Shown piece after piece: positions 47,903-53,912 of a stretch of DNA of 53,912 nt. The translations under genes were made by a program, and so were the position numbers. Origin of the DNA: Rhizaria sp. SCN 62-66 (lineage: Eukaryota); NCBI GenBank assembly GCA_001724265.1, contig MEDY01000041.1:62001-115912 (forward strand), read 5' to 3'. Under the pieces are notes generated by a model, which was not told where the DNA came from, ran no database searches, and saw only the letters and a program-made list of their open reading frames with translations. Every line of letters starts with the position of its first letter. Position 1 is the stretch's first letter.

Positions 47903-48451
47903 GGTACATTATGAGAGCCCCGCCTTTAGCGATACACTTGTCATGCGTTGCGGATTCTAAGTCGCTCGCGTCTTTGCCGCGACTGGAGGCCATTTGGACA
48001 CTCGTATGCATCCGACTGCATGCGTGACAGAAACATGTGTAAGAGTGAACTCTTGAACTCCAATAAAACTTTCTTGTTTTCTTCAAATCACGGATAGCAA
48101 ATCAAATCAGTTGAAAACTGTATTTCAGGGGCTGGTTGAAACAAATTTAGCATCATCACAACAAAACGAAAGAAAGCTATACATATGTACGTACATAAGA
48201 AAAATGGATGGATAAAACATGTGCATGCAGTGCATGTGACACCACGAATGAACAACAATCAGGAGGATAAAAAGAAAGAGTAAGATAGGATAAAGAAGAG
48301 ATTGAATATGAAACGAAAAGAAGAAATATATGACTAATATAACTAAAAAACAAAGATGCAAACAACTCTGGTTTGTGAGACTGACTGCAAGGCATCGCGA
48401 CTTGTTTGATCCCACAGTGCCAGTCAGCACATTAAAGTTGACGTATTGCGT

Positions 48452-51400
48452 TTACGTCCTGCGGAGGATCTCGGCGATCGACCGGCGCACAAAGCCGTGC
48501 GCGGGCATGACGGAGGCAACCACCGCGACGGCGATCGCGAGGCCAAACTGCACGAAGTAGAGTGTGAAGGGAAACTCCATCTTGAACCGGACTTCGGTGA
48601 ACAGATTGAACTGCAGCGTGAGCGACACGGCGATGACGAGCCCGATGGTGGTGCCGAGGATAATGCAGGCGAGCACGAGCGCGAGCGCCTCGTAGACGTA
48701 GATGAGTACGACCTGCTTGGCGTTAAGTCCGACTGCACGCAGCACGCCGAATTCCCACGCGTTCTCCTGCACGTTTGCGGTGAAGGAGAGCCAGAGGATG
48801 AGGAAGCAGAGCAGCATGGCGAGCACGCCGACGACGACGAAGAAGACGTTGAGCATGTTGAGCGCGAAGTCGGTCGACTCAATCAGCGACTCGGTGTCGG
48901 TGACGGTGACGTCGTCGCTCGTGAAGAAAGCGCGTAGCCCGGCCACCAGGTCGTCGCGCTGCCCGCTCGTCGCGGAAGACTTGACGTTGAGCATGAGGCG
49001 TTCCTTGGGGACGGCAGTGAAGGGCTCGCCGTCGGTGCCCACGGCGTCGTTGAGCAGCCGCAGGAACTGGTCCTCGCGGATGAGCGCGGAGCCCGTGTTG
49101 GCGACCGTGGGGTAGGAGGAGAAGAAGAACCCAGGCACGTGCCGCGCCATGCCGCGCACCTTACTGAAGTACATGCGGTCGTACTTTACGATCCGCGTGC
49201 CGGGCAACACGGCGCGCACGCGGATGCCCGCCGCGGTCTCGGTGTCGATGGAGACAACAAGGCGGAGACCTTCACTGCAGACGGCGTCGATGTAGTCGCC
49301 GTAGGTCGCGTTGAGCAGCGCGTTGCGCTCCTCGGTGGCGACGGCGAGCGCATCTGTGTGCACGTCCGTTACGGCCAGCGCGGTGAGCCCCGTGGAGAAA
49401 GTCGTCGGGACCGGGGCGCCGAGCCGCTCCATGGGCAGCACGGCCTCGCCGGCCTGGGTGAAGAGCCCTACCACGGCGGGATCGCCGCCCGTGTTGGCCT
49501 CGACGTCCTCGTAGTAGTCGTTGTAGATGGCGCGGTAGTACGACTCCTGGACGCCGTAGATGCGCTGCCGCTGCTGCGGCGTGTCGGCCAGGTTGTTGAA
49601 GCGCGTCCACTGCACATGTCCCGTTTGCGCGAGTCGGAACGACACGAAAGAGTACGCTGTGAGCACGCCGTCCGCGGCGCCCGCCTCGGTCAGTGCAACC
49701 TGCGCGTCCAGGAACGGCTTCATGCCCGCCTCGTTGAGCTGCTCCGCCAGGGAAGGAGCCTTGACGACAATGGGCGCGCCGATGAGGATCTTCATGTTGT
49801 CGGCCAGTGATGTGCCCTGGAGCGCGAACATGACGCCCGCGAAGACGATGAAGGCGAGCGCGATGGTGAACATCTGCGCCGTCTTGGCGTTGCGCGGGCG
49901 GTGCGCCGAGAGCGACTTGGACACGAGCGCGTTGAGGTTAGAGTGGAAGGGTCGCATGAGCACCCAGAGGATGCCGCGCTCGAGGAAGGGCTGGATGATC
50001 TGCGCCAACAGAGCGAGCCCGAGCAGCATGGAGAGCAGGATGGCCATGAGGAGGCCGAGGAACATGGGGATGTTGGAGTTGAGGAAGGAGAGCGGGATGA
50101 GGTAGAAGGTGATGAAGCCGATCGACACGAGCAGCAGCGAGATGGCCGTCTGCCACAGATCGAGCCCCAGGTCAGCGAGGCGCACGACGGTGACGGTGAC
50201 TTCGCTGACGACGTGGTGGTAGACGTCGAGCGAGTCGCGCAGTGTCTTGGACAGCGCGCGCATAATGGGCACCGTGTTGGCGGCCAGCGGCATCACGATA
50301 CCCACGACCGTGGCCACAATGGCCGCAGTGGCCGACATGCGGTAGTCGGGCGACACATCGGCGAAGCCTGTGATGAGGTCGGTGATCGGGATCGAGACCA
50401 GGAACGCCACGAAGAGGCCTGTGCCGACGCCGAGCACGGAGAAGAGGAAAGCCTTGGTGAGCAGGATCTGCAGCAGGTTGCTCTTGCGCATGCCCAGCGC
50501 GCGCAGCATGCCGTACTCGTACGTCTTGGTCTCGACGTCGTTGAGCAGCAGCGAGAAGACAAGCAGTGCGCCCAAGAACACGATGAGCGCGATGACGGCG
50601 TTGAAAATGTTGTCGAGGAAGTAGCGGATGTAGAGCGTGCCGCGCACGACCTCGAGCAGCGGCAGCAGGAAGCGCGCGGGGTACGTCACGCCCACATGCT
50701 CGGCGACAGTGTTGGTGAACTCAACGAAGGCGCGGTCCAGCGCCAGCGCGGGTTCCAGGTACACGGCCTGGCGCCCCGTCATCTGCACCGCGGCCGTGGG
50801 CGCGACGGCTGAGGCCGAGAGCGAGTCGATGAGGGCCACGGCAACGGCGATCTGCACCGGCACTAAGACCTCTGGCACGCCCGCGAGGACGAGGATTTGC
50901 GACAGCGACACGCGCACCGTGATCAAGGGCAGCGTCACAGGCAGCGGCGCAATCTGCAGTGGGTCGCCGCCGGGCGTCGTGAGGTCCGTGTTGTTGACGA
51001 AGAGCGAGAGGTCAGCGCTGCCGGGCGAGGACGTGACGTCGAACTCGCTCTGCAGCGCCATCTTGAGCGTCGACTTGACTGGGTCAAGCATGTTCTCGGC
51101 CTCCATCATGGCGACTGCGCCGACGTTCTCGGCGAACTTGCCGTCAGGCGAGCCTAGCACGGCGCCCACCGTCACGGGCTCCAGCACGCGCGCCGCGCCC
51201 AGGACCACTGGCAGCGCGAAGGTCACGAGCTGGCCCTGCGTGGTGGCGCTTGACCCCGCCGTGGCGATGGCGGCCGCGAAAGAGCTGTCGGTGGCGTCGG
51301 TGTCGACGCTCCACGCGCCCGTGGAGGCGTTCTTGGCAAACGGGAAAGCCACGGTCGCGGTGTCTGAGTCGGGGAAGAGCCGCGGCACCGCGCGCGACAG

Positions 51401-53335
51401 CGATACAGATCCGCCGTTGGGGTAGCGCACCGTAAAGGGTGGCGCGAGCGCGGCGGTGGTGATGTCGTTGAGCTGCCGCAGCGTGAGCGTGAGCGTGAAG
51501 GAGTCAGTGGCGTCGAGCGCGGCCGCCGTCTCGGGCGACTGCTGCTGCAGCTCGGCGATCGTGTACTGCGCGGCGGCCTGGATGCCCAGCGACTGCGAGA
51601 AGGTGAACCCCGCGGGCACGGTGCCGTTGGTAAATAGCGGCGTGGTGTAGACCCTGGCCCAGTCAACGGCGGGCAGCAGCTGCGTGAGCAGCGCCTGCGT
51701 CTGCGCGTCGCTCATGTTGGTCCAGTCGACGTCGCCGCCCGCGCTGTCGCCGCCTGCGAGCTGCGCGAGCAGACGCAGCGGGTCGACGGCCAAGATCACC
51801 TCGGCGCCGACCGCGGCCGCGGGGTCCGAGTCGGGCGGACCCGCCAGCTGCAGCTGCTTGACGATGGCGCGCGAGAGGTAGACCTCGCCCGCGGGGATCG
51901 GCGGTCGCGTCCACGTGCGGCCCAGCCCCAGCTGCGCCTCGCGTGTGCTGTTTATGCCCAGCAGGATCACGTTGGCCGTCTCGAGCGGCGACGCGCCCGA
52001 GTCGGGCTCGCGCTTGACCTGCCCCAGCAGCAGCCAGCGGCCCGTGGCGCCGCGGATCCCGGGGACGGTGTCGGTGCCCAGCGCAGTGGTGAAAAGCTCC
52101 TGGTCGATGAGCGGCAGCGGCGACGGATAGACCACGGCGGCCTCGGCAATGCCCGCGCCCGGGTACGCGATGAGGTCCGTCTCGCCCGCCTGGATCTCGG
52201 ACAGGCGGTAGAAGATGAGCGGCGACTGCACGACGGCGTTGACGAGGATGGCGATGAAGAGCACGACAATAAAGACGACGAACCAGCCCAGCGCGTAGGA
52301 CCGCGGCTGCCGGCGGACCTCGCCGAAGAGGTAGAGCAGTGACGCCACCTGCTGCCGCCACAGCCGCGTGAGAGTGCGCCCGCAGCCCGCCAGACAGCCC
52401 TCGTCCTTGCCGTCGCTCGCACTGCCACCGCCGTCCTCGTCGTCGTCGTCGTCGTAGGCGGGCTCCGCGCGGTAAGTATCGGGCTTACTGCTGCTGCTGT
52501 TGTTGTTGCCGTTGATGTCTGGAAGAGTGACGGCGTCCGCCTTGTCCGTGACTGGCGCAGGGAAGAAGCCCTTCGAGTTGGCCCTCCTGCTGTCGATGGC
52601 AGCAGCGCCCCCGGTCTCTCCGTCGGCGTCAGCGTCGTCATCATCGTCGTCGTCGTCGTTGTAGAGCACGGCGTCCTTGTTCACGTGGCCCACGCCGACC
52701 AGGTCCGCGCCGGATCTCGAGCTCGAGCGCACGGCACCGCCACCGCCCGCACCACTGCTCAGTGCGGCGGCGGCATTGTTCTGAGGGCGTGTCTTGCGGT
52801 TGCGGAGGCTGTTCGGGTTGATGGGTTCGTGGCGCATCCACATAATGCTGTTCGCGGGGCCCTTTGCGACGCCACTGCTCGTGAATAGGGCGTCGCTGCT
52901 CGAGCTGGGCTGGATCGACAAGACGGCGTCGCCCTGCTGTTGCTGCTGCAGCGGCCGCTGCTGCTGCTGCTGCAGCAGCGACTGCGACTGCGAAGGCGCT
53001 AGACCGACGGCCGATGCCCCCGAGAGGCCCAGCCACGCTCGCAGAGCGGGGTCGGCCTCGGCGCTGGCTGCAGTCGTCACAGCATCAGCGGAGGCCGCAG
53101 CGGAAGCGGAGGTGGCCGCGTTTGTGGTGCTCGTGGTGCGTTTGGTGCGGGACGTAGACAGCTCGAGCTCGGTGCTGGAGTCGTCGCGCACGGTCTGCAA
53201 CGCCGCGGGGAGACCGAGAAATTGCGCGCGGTCGTCGCCGGGGGCAGGGACCGAGGCTGAGAATTGGCCGGAGGCGACCGGAGAGATCCTGGGAAGGCTG
53301 TGGCTGCCTCTACCGCCTTCTTCTGTGCTGCTCAT
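48452..53335 (-). CDS. FtsX/MacB-family (type VII ABC) permease with two FtsX domains, no ATPase domain
   Basis: Intronless ORF of ~1,627 aa from ATG 53335. Two FtsX signatures: LLLNDVETKTYEYGMLRALGM and FTANVQENAWEFGVLRAVGL. It has multiple TM helices, large extracytoplasmic loops and a disordered N-terminus. TAA stop. Confidence 0.88.
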   Translation of the reverse strand: MSSTEEGGRGSHSLPRISPVASGQFSASVPAPGDDRAQFLGLPAALQTVRDDSSTELELSTSRTKRTTSTTNAATSASAAASADAVTTAASAEADPALRAWLGLSGASAVGLAPSQSQSLLQQQQQRPLQQQQQGDAVLSIQPSSSSDALFTSSGVAKGPANSIMWMRHEPINPNSLRNRKTRPQNNAAAALSSGAGGGGAVRSSSRSGADLVGVGHVNKDAVLYNDDDDDDDDADADGETGGAAAIDSRRANSKGFFPAPVTDKADAVTLPDINGNNNSSSSKPDTYRAEPAYDDDDDEDGGGSASDGKDEGCLAGCGRTLTRLWRQQVASLLYLFGEVRRQPRSYALGWFVVFIVVLFIAILVNAVVQSPLIFYRLSEIQAGETDLIAYPGAGIAEAAVVYPSPLPLIDQELFTTALGTDTVPGIRGATGRWLLLGQVKREPDSGASPLETANVILLGINSTREAQLGLGRTWTRPPIPAGEVYLSRAIVKQLQLAGPPDSDPAAAVGAEVILAVDPLRLLAQLAGGDSAGGDVDWTNMSDAQTQALLTQLLPAVDWARVYTTPLFTNGTVPAGFTFSQSLGIQAAAQYTIAELQQQSPETAAALDATDSFTLTLTLRQLNDITTAALAPPFTVRYPNGGSVSLSRAVPRLFPDSDTATVAFPFAKNASTGAWSVDTDATDSSFAAAIATAGSSATTQGQLVTFALPVVLGAARVLEPVTVGAVLGSPDGKFAENVGAVAMMEAENMLDPVKSTLKMALQSEFDVTSSPGSADLSLFVNNTDLTTPGGDPLQIAPLPVTLPLITVRVSLSQILVLAGVPEVLVPVQIAVAVALIDSLSASAVAPTAAVQMTGRQAVYLEPALALDRAFVEFTNTVAEHVGVTYPARFLLPLLEVVRGTLYIRYFLDNIFNAVIALIVFLGALLVFSLLLNDVETKTYEYGMLRALGMRKSNLLQILLTKAFLFSVLGVGTGLFVAFLVSIPITDLITGFADVSPDYRMSATAAIVATVVGIVMPLAANTVPIMRALSKTLRDSLDVYHHVVSEVTVTVVRLADLGLDLWQTAISLLLVSIGFITFYLIPLSFLNSNIPMFLGLLMAILLSMLLGLALLAQIIQPFLERGILWVLMRPFHSNLNALVSKSLSAHRPRNAKTAQMFTIALAFIVFAGVMFALQGTSLADNMKILIGAPIVVKAPSLAEQLNEAGMKPFLDAQVALTEAGAADGVLTAYSFVSFRLAQTGHVQWTRFNNLADTPQQRQRIYGVQESYYRAIYNDYYEDVEANTGGDPAVVGLFTQAGEAVLPMERLGAPVPTTFSTGLTALAVTDVHTDALAVATEERNALLNATYGDYIDAVCSEGLRLVVSIDTETAAGIRVRAVLPGTRIVKYDRMYFSKVRGMARHVPGFFFSSYPTVANTGSALIREDQFLRLLNDAVGTDGEPFTAVPKERLMLNVKSSATSGQRDDLVAGLRAFFTSDDVTVTDTESLIESTDFALNMLNVFFVVVGVLAMLLCFLILWLSFTANVQENAWEFGVLRAVGLNAKQVVLIYVYEALALVLACIILGTTIGLVIAVSLTLQFNLFTEVRFKMEFPFTLYFVQFGLAIAVAVVASVMPAHGFVRRSIAEILRRT

Positions 53336-53912
53336 TCTCGAGACAGGAGAAAAGTGAAGAAGCAAGTCCAAGACGTGGAGTTCTGTTGCTGTAGTAAAAA
53401 GCTATGGGCGCACAAATAGAATTGGGGAAGTGAGTGCGGGGAGTGTCAAGAGAGACCGGAATCGACGCGCGATGATACAGATCTGAGAGGGCACCGGGCT
53501 TCCTAACAGCGCGCATACCGCCTTAAATAAAACGCATACGGCCATTTCAAAAGCGAATCAGTATTATATAGTAGCGATAAAACGCCATACTAGAATGGCT
53601 CGGCTGTTTGACGACGGTATATGAACTTTCGAATATGTCGCCCACGTCTCCAACACCCTCGAATCAGTTGGGCTGCTTGTCACAGGGGGGTCACAAATTG
53701 GGCCGATTGCTGTTATTGACGAAATCTTGATAAATATGTCGTAAAACTGTGTTTGAGTTCGTGCACAACATTCTAATTGCTAATACACACATTATACTTT
53801 ACTGTCTTATTTCGAGGACGTTAGTATGCGGAGATCTGATCAATTTAGCTGTTTTCCCAGTCACTTTTTCACAGTGGTCTTCGGTCAAAACACCGGTTTG
53901 CCCACCAATTTG

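Overview
This is gene-dense genomic DNA from a eukaryotic microbe (protist). It has very GC-rich exons, AT-rich intergenic DNA and short (about 120-235 nt) GT-AG spliceosomal introns. There are no prokaryotic operons, CRISPR arrays, rRNA/tRNA genes or recognisable transposons. I can support about 15 protein-coding genes. In order they are: a partial possible AAA-ATPase N-domain gene, a 6x CCCH zinc-finger/prion-like protein, the kinetochore protein Dam1, an S1FA-like microprotein, SSRP1 (FACT), a bacterial-type HutD/Ves cupin, a Yak1/DYRK kinase, an NAD(P)-Rossmann protein, a ~3,670-aa Nup160 with an FG-repeat tail, CIA2/MIP18, a SAC1-like phosphoinositide phosphatase, a divergent importin-alpha-like ARM protein, two head-to-head secreted Gly/Gln-rich proteins, and an FtsX/MacB-type permease. 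The most notable points are these. (1) A single in-frame TAG splits the SAC1-like gene, while none of the 14 complete genes ends in TAG; this could be UAG recoding/readthrough, a nonsense allele or a base error. (2) The Y-complex scaffold Nup160 is fused to ~1,000 aa of FxFG repeats. (3) Intron donors never have A at +4, and every coding intron is phase 0. (4) The HutD gene looks horizontally acquired. All family assignments come from motifs I recognised by eye, not from database searches.
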